Positions 12,714-22,800 of a stretch of 64,000 nucleotides of DNA are shown piece by piece. The stretch's first letter is position 1. Each line of letters begins with the position of its first letter. A program made the translations under genes and the position numbers. This DNA is from Prasinococcaceae sp. CCMP 1430 (Eukaryota > Plantae > Prasinodermophyta). The notes under the pieces are model-generated. The model searched no databases. It was not told where the DNA came from and saw only the letters and a list, made by a program, of their open reading frames with translations. The stretch covers positions 1 to 64,000 of the forward strand of contig RQSC01000869.1 in the NCBI GenBank assembly GCA_013416795.1, given 5' to 3'.

Positions 12714-13187
12714 CTCCACCGGGAAGGATCATCAGGAATGCTGCACTTAAACCCATCATAATTGAGGCCATAATACAATTTTTGTTTACTTTTGGCGGCC
12801 ACAAATAAAGCAGCGCGTCCGCAGCGCAGCACGGCACGCGGCCCGCATTGGACGCGCGGCTGCGCCGGCCGCCAGTGCGCGCGCCGGCGAGCGCGTGCCG
12901 GCCGCCCACTCGGTCGCCGTAATTCGTGTGGCGCACACCGCCGGCGGCGCTCAGCGATTCGCGGGGCCGCGTCATCCTCGCTGGTCGGCACACGGGAGCA
13001 GTACAGCAACCAACTCGCACAAAAAAGCCCAGAGTAGGCTCCTGCACGTGCGTGGTGGCTTGGAGGCGGCTGTGGCGACCGGGCGCCGCTCGACCGCGAG
13101 GAGAGTGGGCGGGTCGACTTCCTCTCCTCCTTCCTTCCTCCCTCCGCAGCCTCCAAGCGAGTCACTGTGTGGCGTCCCACTCGTGCG

Positions 13188-16100
13188 ATGTCACAAGACT
13201 ATGGCCGGCAGGTGGGGGGATGGTTTGCCCGGCTGCGCTCGTGGGCTGCGGCGCGCTTGCCGTCGCGCGGCGCCAGCATTCAGAGCGCAAGCAGCAATGG
13301 GAGCGGCACGTGGGGAATTATGGGCCCGTCTGCCAGTATACCTTCGCATGCTCCGAACGCCAATGGTTTTGCCTCTGCTGCGCCCGCGCTGCGTAAGCGG
13401 AGCCACGACACGGTGCGCATGGGGCGTCACCGACGCGTGCCACTTAGCTACGCAGAGCTCGCCGCGCGGCGCCATAGACTGAGCCGGGCGCTCTTCGAGC
13501 CGCTGCTCTACCTCTTTTTCCTGGCGTGCTACATCGTGATGCTGCAGCTGCTGCCGACGTTGCGTTCGTATGGTGAGCGTGAGAACATCGAAGACAGAAT
13601 CGACGCGCTGTTTGGCAAGGGCGGGCGAGCAGGTGCTGCCGTTGTTTCCAACAGGGGCTTTGGTCCGGTGACGACAGGCAGCGCAGAGCCAGGTCTGTGC
13701 CCAGGGCGGGCGTTGTGGTCTCCGATGTACCTGGTCGATCCGGTGGTCACACTCCCCCCCACGTCCCAAGAGTGGCTTCGAGCAATACAGGCGTCTCGTA
13801 CCTTTCACCGCCCCACCGGCTGTGCGGGGTGCTCCTTCGATGACGCCCGACTGCACGCCGATTTCGAGCTTGTGGCGTCGTGGATGGACATTCGAATGGA
13901 GGACGGCGTCCCGCGATCGGAGCTCGGGTACAGTGGTCTTACATTCGGCCTTCGCTTGCATCAGAGCTTGGTGTACGACTACACGCCGGTGGAGGCGCTC
14001 CTCACTCGCAATCTGAATGTGTCCGAATTCGTAGGCAGCGACGTAAGCAGCACCCTGCCAGTGCACGACTTCGATATGTTGGAGAGTGTCACTAAATCCG
14101 AATTGAATTGGCACTTCAGTCAAAGCGGTGGGTACTCCATCGGGGGGTCAGCGCGCGTCCACGAGCTCCTGGAGCTGGGCTGCAAGAACGGCGACAAAGA
14201 TGCGTGCGAGGCGGCGAGGCGGTACTCTACAACATACCACAACATTAATGACGTGTGTTCGCCGCTGCTCAGCACGGTCATAGGCTCCGCCATGAAAGCA
14301 CTGACCGATGACCCGGCCTGTGACACGCTCACGACGGTCGGTTTGGCGGCGCCTGTCAACAACACGGGCTGTAGTGTCGATTTGGCACTCGAGTGGAACA
14401 TGCTGCTTCGTTCTTCCCCGCACAAGGCACGAGCCAGTACCGTGGCCGGTGGGTCGTCCATCGATGCCGCGCTCGCCGAAGATGCAACCCGTGGTGCACA
14501 TGGCACCGACTCAACGTATGTACTCGTCTCGTTCAGCGGGGAACAAAACGACCTCGAGTTCACCTTCTTGCCGACGAGCCTGTACCCAGGCGCTCAAGGG
14601 GTTGCCCTTCTGGTCTTCCAGTGTGTCTTTTGTGTGTTCACCCTTTTCTTCACGGTCGGCCCGGTCTTTGGGCGCCTGTGGCTCATTGAGCGCAGCGCGC
14701 GGGGGGCTGTGCCATCGCCACTGCGCCGCACTCGGTACACGCTCCGCAGCGCTTTCTCCCACAAGTGGATGTGGTACGATCTGCTAACGCTCGGCAGCAT
14801 GGCAACTACCATAGGGTTGTACGCAGTATTTGTTCGGAGGTACAACGATCTGACGGGCAGCGAGTGCAGCTCCAGCGGCTGTGGCTTGGATGTGGGGGGG
14901 CTCCCTGCAATGGGCACTCAAGAGTGGGACGATATAACACGATATTGCTGCGCACAGACAATTTTGACCAGTCTGAGCTTCTTCGACGGGGCCAAACCGT
15001 TTGAGTCGCTGGTGAATGACACGTACGACATCGCGCACCATCCGTTTTGTTGCAGTTCAATGTGGGGCACATGTCAGCCTGTCTGCAGCGAGGAGCGGCT
15101 AGCCCAGCTTACGTCAGCTCACTACGTGCCGGACGATGACAAGTCAGCGCGGCCGGCATTTATTCGCGACTCCTTGTTGCGGCTTGTTCGCTTTCCCGCG
15201 TCTCAATTCGATAATTTGGGCAGTGACTGGATTCGCTCGCCGCCGCCGAGTGGCGAGCAAGCGAAACCGTACGTCCCGGCGCCCGAGGACCTTTCACGGA
15301 GCTGCGTGTCCGCTGGCCCAGCGGCCGATCCGGCGCGCGTGCCCGTTAACGTCACATGGTGTGGAACAGCGAACGGCAATGGTGGTTGCACATGCAATGT
15401 CGCCGACTGTAAGACACTGGGAAACTGCTGCGATGACATCGACGCTGTCTGCGGTACGAACGCGCCGGAACTCCCCGAGGGCTGGCTCGATGTCGACTGG
15501 GCCAACTTCACCCGATCAAACTGGATTTCTTTCACGTCGACTCCGCCGCTGGGCGTCGCAGACGAGTTCAGCAACCTCGAAAACGTCTCGCACGCTGCCA
15601 TCTCCCAAGCTTGGGACGCGGCATTGAAGCGCTGGGGGCAGCAGCTCACGCTTCCCTACGACAGCTACTCGGACGCCTTCGCCGCCGCGTCGAACGCGGA
15701 GGAGAACTGGATCATTGCGCTCGCATTTTCAAGCGTGCTCCTCTTTGCGCGCGTCCTGAAGTACGCCGAAATCGACGCGAGGATGAGCCTGCTGTTGAGA
15801 ACCCTGTCGATCGCCGCGGGCACGCTTCTTTTCTACATGGTGTCTGGTGCCCTACTCTTCATGGGCTGGGTTTTCTTCGCGCAGGCGTACAATGGCTGGC
15901 TGCTTCTGCCAGGATATACGACCTTCTTTCAGGCCTTCACGAGCGTCTTCAACTTGCTGTTTGATCCCTTCCCAAATGAAGACTTCCCGTCTTCGGGCAA
16001 GTGGCCATTTTGGGTGTGGTACTTCTTGTTCATGTTGATCGTCACGATCGTGGCGTTGAATCTGGTGGTGGCCATTTTGGTGAGTGCCTTCGAGACAGCG

Positions 16101-16811
16101 CGCGACTACGCAATCCACGCACGCCGCCGGCACACGCGCACCATCGGTGCAGCGTCATCCGAGTGGTTGCTTTTGGGACAGGCGCTCAAGTACCGCGATG
16201 GACGGCCTGATATGGCGGCAGTGTACTCTTACTTTTCGGGGCTGAGCTGCGAGGAGGTCGTGCAACGCGCAACCGTCGTGCAGACGCGCTGGCGTGGATT
16301 CAAGGCGCGCCTGCTTGCCGACAACTTGTTCGGTGCGCGAGCGTGGCTGCTGCGTCGTGCGAGACGCCATCGATGTCTTCCGGAGGCGACCGCGCTGGCG
16401 GACACTGGTGGGATGGACTCGAGCCCGGCCGCTCGCACCGTCAAGCACAGCGCCGCCGCTGTACGCAACCCCTCTGCTGTGATAGGCGGCGAACGCTCCG
16501 CACCCCGCGCCGCGCGCCGCAACCAGCGCGTGCTACGCATCCTGAGCAGGCAGCCGAGTGTGCTGCTTGGCCCAGCAGGTGCCCCTCCCGGGTCGCAGCG
16601 GCAAAATGACAGCCGCACAGACGGGTGGGAGGACGGCGATTCCGGGGAGGACGCCTTCGAGGATGCTCTCGAGGAGCAGCAACGCGCAAGGGCAGGCCAT
16701 GATGCGCTCGCCGGCGCACTCTCCGGGATCCAAGTGGCGTTGGAGCGTCTGGAGGCGCGGCAACAGCGGCTCGAGGACGCCCTGCTTCCGAGCTCGTTCG
16801 ACGTAACCTAA
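13188..16811 (+). CDS. Polycystin-2/TRPP-like cation channel with somatomedin-B-like insert and IQ motif
   Basis: S1 (EPLLYLFFLACYIVML), large S1-S2 ectodomain, S2-S3 (WMWYDLLTL), S4 LLFARVLKY..IDARMSLLLRTL, S5, pore helix YTTFFQAFTSVFNLL, S6 YFLFMLIVTIVALNLVVAILVSAFE, IQ-like VVQTRWRGFKAR, C-terminal coiled coil. Confidence 0.8.
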   Translation: MSQDYGRQVGGWFARLRSWAAARLPSRGASIQSASSNGSGTWGIMGPSASIPSHAPNANGFASAAPALRKRSHDTVRMGRHRRVPLSYAELAARRHRLSRALFEPLLYLFFLACYIVMLQLLPTLRSYGERENIEDRIDALFGKGGRAGAAVVSNRGFGPVTTGSAEPGLCPGRALWSPMYLVDPVVTLPPTSQEWLRAIQASRTFHRPTGCAGCSFDDARLHADFELVASWMDIRMEDGVPRSELGYSGLTFGLRLHQSLVYDYTPVEALLTRNLNVSEFVGSDVSSTLPVHDFDMLESVTKSELNWHFSQSGGYSIGGSARVHELLELGCKNGDKDACEAARRYSTTYHNINDVCSPLLSTVIGSAMKALTDDPACDTLTTVGLAAPVNNTGCSVDLALEWNMLLRSSPHKARASTVAGGSSIDAALAEDATRGAHGTDSTYVLVSFSGEQNDLEFTFLPTSLYPGAQGVALLVFQCVFCVFTLFFTVGPVFGRLWLIERSARGAVPSPLRRTRYTLRSAFSHKWMWYDLLTLGSMATTIGLYAVFVRRYNDLTGSECSSSGCGLDVGGLPAMGTQEWDDITRYCCAQTILTSLSFFDGAKPFESLVNDTYDIAHHPFCCSSMWGTCQPVCSEERLAQLTSAHYVPDDDKSARPAFIRDSLLRLVRFPASQFDNLGSDWIRSPPPSGEQAKPYVPAPEDLSRSCVSAGPAADPARVPVNVTWCGTANGNGGCTCNVADCKTLGNCCDDIDAVCGTNAPELPEGWLDVDWANFTRSNWISFTSTPPLGVADEFSNLENVSHAAISQAWDAALKRWGQQLTLPYDSYSDAFAAASNAEENWIIALAFSSVLLFARVLKYAEIDARMSLLLRTLSIAAGTLLFYMVSGALLFMGWVFFAQAYNGWLLLPGYTTFFQAFTSVFNLLFDPFPNEDFPSSGKWPFWVWYFLFMLIVTIVALNLVVAILVSAFETARDYAIHARRRHTRTIGAASSEWLLLGQALKYRDGRPDMAAVYSYFSGLSCEEVVQRATVVQTRWRGFKARLLADNLFGARAWLLRRARRHRCLPEATALADTGGMDSSPAARTVKHSAAAVRNPSAVIGGERSAPRAARRNQRVLRILSRQPSVLLGPAGAPPGSQRQNDSRTDGWEDGDSGEDAFEDALEEQQRARAGHDALAGALSGIQVALERLEARQQRLEDALLPSSFDVT

Positions 16812-16881
16812 GTGACACATTCTGTACAGTAGTCTAGTCTACATAGATTACAATCAGTACTATAGTGACGACTCGCACAAT

Positions 16882-19800
16882 TCATACGAGCCGGCACGAG
16901 GACGTCCCGGCGCCGGTCTCTGAGCACTCGTATCCAGGCACGATGGTGCAGTCGTCAGAACAGCCCTCGTCGAGCTGCGAGCCATCGCCGCCAACGCCCG
17001 AGTCGCACTCCTCGTAGCCCTCCTTCACGAAGTTACCGCAGACCGAAGAGTCGAATGAACAATCGTCGAGGAAGAAGCCCAGCGCGCACTCGCAGGATGC
17101 CCGCTCGTTGCGGTCGCCCGCGTTGCGTGTGATGCAGTCGCCCACGCCCGAACACACGAGCCCCGTCTCGGCGTTGGTCGGGCACTCGAGTTGGCAATCG
17201 CTGCCCACATAGCATTTGCTCGGCCCGCACTCGCATTTGCACACGGCGTCCTCACCGGTCTCATCCAAGGCGCAAACTCCACGCCCGCCACAGTCGGGGC
17301 ACAGCAGCTCGCAGGTGACGCCGACCACCCCCTCGTCGCACAGGCACGCGGCCTCCAAGACAGCGTCCGTTTCCGCCTCCGTGTAGACGTCCTCCTCGTT
17401 CAGGTCGAGCCCATCGCCGCCGACGACGGGCACCGCCCTCAGCACCGTACCCGAGAAGGCACCGCACGTGCTCTGCGCGTAATTGCACGCGGGGCACGGT
17501 AGCGTGCAGCCCTCGACGTGCTCGCCGTTGTAAGGAGGGCCTCCCCAGCCGACCTTACACACGCACGCCGAGGGGCGGTCCCAATTGTAGGCCAATAGCT
17601 GCTCCTCCGCCGTCCGGTAGGGAGAGACCGGCCGCCGCACTGTGGCGTTGTAGCGGGCGTCGAGCTCTGGCAGGTGCTCGCAGCGACCCTTCTCGTAGTC
17701 GCACGGCGGACACGCCACGTCGCACAGCGGCGCGGTCCAGCCCGCGTCACACGCGCAGGTGCCGTCCATAGAGCACACGCCGTGCACGCAAGCCAGACAC
17801 TGCATCTCGCACTCGTCACCGACGAAGCCGTCCTCGCACAAGCACACGCGCCCTTTGCCGGATGCATACACCCCGTTGCCCGAGCAGATGCTCAGACGGC
17901 GCTCCTCGAGCTTCTGCGCGACGTAGTCGCGTGCGTATTGCGAGTCGTAGTACTCGGCGTACGCGGTGAGCCACGCCATGTAGCGGTCGTGCTCCTCCTC
18001 TGCCCATGCGTCAGGCTGCCCTTCGAACTTGTCGCGCGTTGTCCATGCAACGTGATCCATGCGCACGAGCTCACCCTTGCCAAGTTCGGCCGCGGCGGCA
18101 CCCTGGTCCACCGTGTAGTAGTCCGCGCGGATAAGCAGCTCCGTGAGGGAGACCAGCAGGTCGCGCATGTCACCTTCGGTCGCAGTACCACCCGTCCGGT
18201 TGCCGCGGACGATCTGGATGGCGTCGTACACCTCGGGAAGCATATCCCATCCTCTACGCTCGTCAGCAATCCATGCTCCGTCAAAGTTGTAGTTGTCGCT
18301 GCCACGCGCCCCCCCCTGCATGGCCATCTGCACGCCGTATGTGATCCCGTACTCCCTCTCCTCGGGTTGGCGCTTGCCGCCGACTTCAGCGGCCATATCG
18401 TCCCGACGCCATTGCTCGCCGCGCTCGTAGTCCCAGCGCGGGACGCCGCCATCCAACCAGAAGGGCGTGTCGCCCCGGCCCTTGACGAAATGTGTACCTT
18501 CGGCAACGTCTACGAAATCGTTTGAGGTCCAGCCGAAGCCCTTCGGGATGGTGGACAGGAATGTCCACTCCTTGTCCCCGACAATGTCGAAGTTGAAATT
18601 GATCGCACAGTGCTCCTGCACACACGCGCGGGGAGTGGCGTGCTCTTTACCCGCGCGGATGCCCACGTATAGCTGCGGGGTGTAGAGGTATTCGCGCACA
18701 GTCGCGCGGATGCGCGCGTGCGTCCAGCGCACGTTCAGGCGCAGCTCCGGATAGCTCTCGCGCGACCATGCATAGAGGGTCTCCTTGGTCATCGCATCGT
18801 AGTCAGGCTCGGTGACGTTGTCGACCGGCCGGCCGCCGATGTAAAGGATGGCATCCATGCCCGAGCCGCGACCGTTGTATGCCGCCGCCTCACGAAGCGC
18901 TGCTTCCGCCTCCAGGCGCTCTTTAGTGCTCCTGTAGTTCTTCGGCGGCGGCTCGAGCGCCGCGTCGCCGCCGTGCTGTCCATGCTCCGCACCTGCGCCG
19001 AACGCCAGGTGCGCCCCGTCCGCTAAGTGCAGCTCATACGTGAGCGTGAGGTTGTACACACCGCTCTTGTCGCCGAGGAACGCCAACGGTGCGCGGAAGT
19101 ACGCCACCTCGCCCGGACGGTCCGCCGGCAGTCGGTCGGACAGCCAGAGGTGCTGCATGTGCGGGTCCCACGAGACGCCCGCGGCCGCGTCGCGCGGCTT
19201 GCACCCCGCGCCCTGGCCTACCGCGGCAGCGGGCTGCGCACCGTAGTCACGCTCGAGCGTGCGCACGCGCTGCAGCGCGCTCTCACCCGAGCCTCCGCCG
19301 TTACACGCCGAGTTGTTGTACGCGCGCCACCCATCCGAGCCAAGGGCAAAGTCCGAGCGCACGATGGACTCGCCCACGTGCCGCGAGCAGTCAGGAAGAG
19401 TCCATCCTGGCCAGCACAGGCAGCTCCCGTCCAGCTGGCAATCGCCGTGGTCGCACGGCCAGCACGGAATCGAGCAATCTGTCCCGGTCCAGTGCTTGTC
19501 GCACTTGCAGGTACCGTCCACCAGGCACGAGCCGTGCTCGGGGTCACACGGCAGGCACTCGGTATACTCACGCACGCTGCAATCGGTGCCGCCCCAGCCA
19601 GACGCGCACTCGCAGCTACCGTCCGGCTGGCACTCGCCGTGCGCGCACGGTGCGCAGACGGTGAAGCAGTCAGTGCCAGTCCAGCGCAGCCCAGAGTCGT
19701 CACCGTAGCACGCGCAGCTGCCGTTGCGCTGGCAGGTGCCATGTGCCTGAACAGGCAGCCCCGCAGAGGAAAGAAGCACTTCGTCGCCCTCGCCCGCGAC

Positions 19801-22800
19801 CGCATCCCACTCCGTGCTCGGGTGCCTGAAGCAGTCGCACTTATTCGAGCAGTCCTCGCCGTACCACCCGAGCTCGCACTCACAGCTGCCGTCGTACTGA
19901 CATGTGCCGTGCTCGGAATCGCACCTGTCGCACGGGACGCTGCAGTTCCAGCCAGTGTATGCGTCGGCACCAGAAGACACGCCGTACATGAGCTGATGCA
20001 TGATCCAGATTTTGTAGTATGAAGGTTCGCGGTACGTGACCCATTGCATGAGCTCGGGTTCGTAGCCACCGCGAAGGTGTGTATTCAGCAGACTCTGGCG
20101 TTCGTTCAGATTATTCAAGGGCCAGCGCTCCTATCGAGCGGGCGGGGGAGCATGCGCACGGCAGGCGACGGGCGTTAGCACGCGGCGATTTGAGCATGCG
20201 CATCGTGCGCATGCTCGTGCGCATACTGTAGCGCAGCCTCGCCCGCGCGCGTGAGGGAACGCACCTCCTGCTCGATAGCTTGCCGCAATTGCAAAGCCCG
20301 GTATGTGAGCCTGCCGATCGCCAGCCGGGACTCGCGCACAAAGTGTGCCTTGACCACCGAGTCGCAATACCACGGTTGCAAACCTTTCTCATAGTTGTCT
20401 CCACACGAATCAAGCGAGCGCCCCCGCTCGGGGCCACCTTCGCCCAGTGGCCCCACAGAGAACTGCAGGGCCCCATCCAGCGCCCCCATGCAGCTCTCAT
20501 CACACAACTCCGTGTTGTTTATGCTTTGCGGGACTGTCTCCACATCACGCTGCAGCACGGCGATCGCTGCCAGCACGGACGCGTGCTCATCCTCCAATTT
20601 GAACCTCTGGTCCGGCTCGGGCATGGTATATCGGAAGAACGTTTCGTTTGGGCGCAGCGGCAAATGCGTGTCGGGTGTACGCGACTGGCACGCAGGGATG
20701 TGCAAGCAGTCCATCTCTTCTACTCGCACGTAGTCCTCGACGACTGCTGCAGTCATGTAGCGCGGGTGCACGTAGCGCCTGCGCAGCTCACCACGCACAG
20801 TATATTCGTGCTCGCCTCGCTCGAGGTAGAAGGGGTCTCGCGTGAGGCGCAGCGCCAGCGAGCCCTCTCGCAGTCTGCGCTGGCCAGTGCACACGCACGA
20901 GCCGTCGTACGCGCATGAGCCAAATTCGCACGGCTCGCATGGTGTCATGCAACGATATCCTGTCCAACCCTCGTGGCACACGCACTGCCCCGTCAGGGAA
21001 TCGCAGAGTCCTCGCTCAGAGCACGGCGCGCAAGGTATCTCGCATTTGAGGCCCGCCCACCCTTGCGAGTAAAAATCGTAGGAACCGCTCGGATGGCGGA
21101 AACGGTCGTTGCGTATGCTATCGCACACGCACGCGCCTCCGTATAGCGGAAGCGGATTGGGTGGCGCGTCAACGTCATCAGCCTCCACGCACACGCCACC
21201 TGTGACCTCGCCGTAACGTGCGTACGTGCGCAGAACTGCCGGGGACTGCCGAATGCGCTCGGACCGCCACACACGGTCGAAGCCAATGAAGTCGTCCGTT
21301 CTCTTGAGCTCCCACGTCTCTGAGTCCGCGTCGGTGTATTCCATCCCAAAGAGCCAGTTTCCGGTGCACTCGGTGCCGTTGAGCACGGGCGAGGCCCCGT
21401 TGTCGCAATTGGTGCCGTTGTACACCGTCCCGTTGCCGTAGATGCCACATGTGGCGTTAACCCACTCGCCGTTCTGGTTGCACGGATGCGCCACCGAGCA
21501 GTTGTGATACTCGGAGTGGTAGCTGCCCTTTTCGAAGCCCAGCTCGTAGAAGCTAGGGAAGGGCAGCTGCAAGCGCGTGCGCGCGTGCAGGCAAGCACAC
21601 GCGTGGGCGCAAGCGCAAAGCGCTTCCAGTCAGCGCGCTGGCGGGCGCAACCACGAGGCGCAAGACAGAGTGTGAGCACGCTCGACGCTCACCTGGCCAT
21701 CCTCGTTTCCCTCCCATGGGCCCTGCCACACATAGCCGTAGTCGCACAGGCACGCGCCGTCCCCCTGACACACACCGTGGACGCACGGTTCGCACGCCGT
21801 CGAGCAGTTGAGCGCGCCCCCTGAGTCCAGGCCCGTCCAACCGCTGTCACAAACGATGTACGCCTGCGTCGATACGCCCTCCTTGGGGGGCTCGCATCGC
21901 CCGTGGAGGACGTCATACGAATTGGGGCACTCGTGCTCACACATGTCGCCTGTCCACATGTAGTCGCACTCGCACGCCGCGGTGCTCCCCTGCAGCCCCT
22001 CGCCAGGCGCCACCGCAGTGTCGTTGACCGTCCCGCGCGAGGGCCCCTGCTCCGGGCCGCACTCCACCATGCAGTCGCTGCCCGCGTAGCCCGGATTGCA
22101 CGCGCACTCGCCGTCACTCGCACACGTACCATTGCCGCACGGCATGCACGGCAAGGAGCACTGCTCGCCTGCGAACCCAAGCCCGCCCTTGGCGTTCTCC
22201 CTGGATTTATCACAGACGCATATCGGTTGATTGGTGGCTCCGTCCAGGTGGCACTCGCCGTTGCTCGAGCAGGCACCGCACTCGACGTCGCAGTACGGCC
22301 CCGTCCAGCCGCTGTCACACACGCAATACGCCATTGTGTCGTTGTTATCGGAAAGCAGCCCGAAGAGGTCCGTCACATTCATGAGGCCAGTGGCCGTCAC
22401 TCCGGCACCGTGTACGTACGGCAGCGAGTCGAACTCGGTGATGTTGACGGTCGAGTTCACATACGTCAATATGCCCTGGGCGCTGCACTCCTTGTCGCAC
22501 TTGGAGCCTGCCCAGCCGGGCTGGCACGTGCACGAGCCATCCTCCGGGTGGCAAGCGCCGTGCACACACTCCACGCAGGGTTCCGTGCAGTTGGATCCCG
22601 CCCAGCCTACACCACTGATGCTGTTAGGCGCGGCCATATCACAAACACAGACGCCCCCGCCCCTTTCTAGTACGTGCGAGGCGTACTTGAGCATTGCCTC
22701 GACCTCCTGCGCCACGGAAGTAGCCGCCGCATCGCGTTCAAACAGCAGCGCCCCCACGGCATCATCGGCTCCAGTGATGAGTGCACGCACGAGCGCGTCA

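Noticed and set aside
12722-12746. Partial miR172-target-like word (ATCATCAGGA)
   Set aside because: Only 10 nt, located in the LRRC9 3' region rather than the AP2 gene; consistent with chance.
18470-18482. RGD integrin-binding motif in the secreted protein
   Set aside because: A tripeptide is expected by chance in 2,600 aa, and there is no integrin context in algae.
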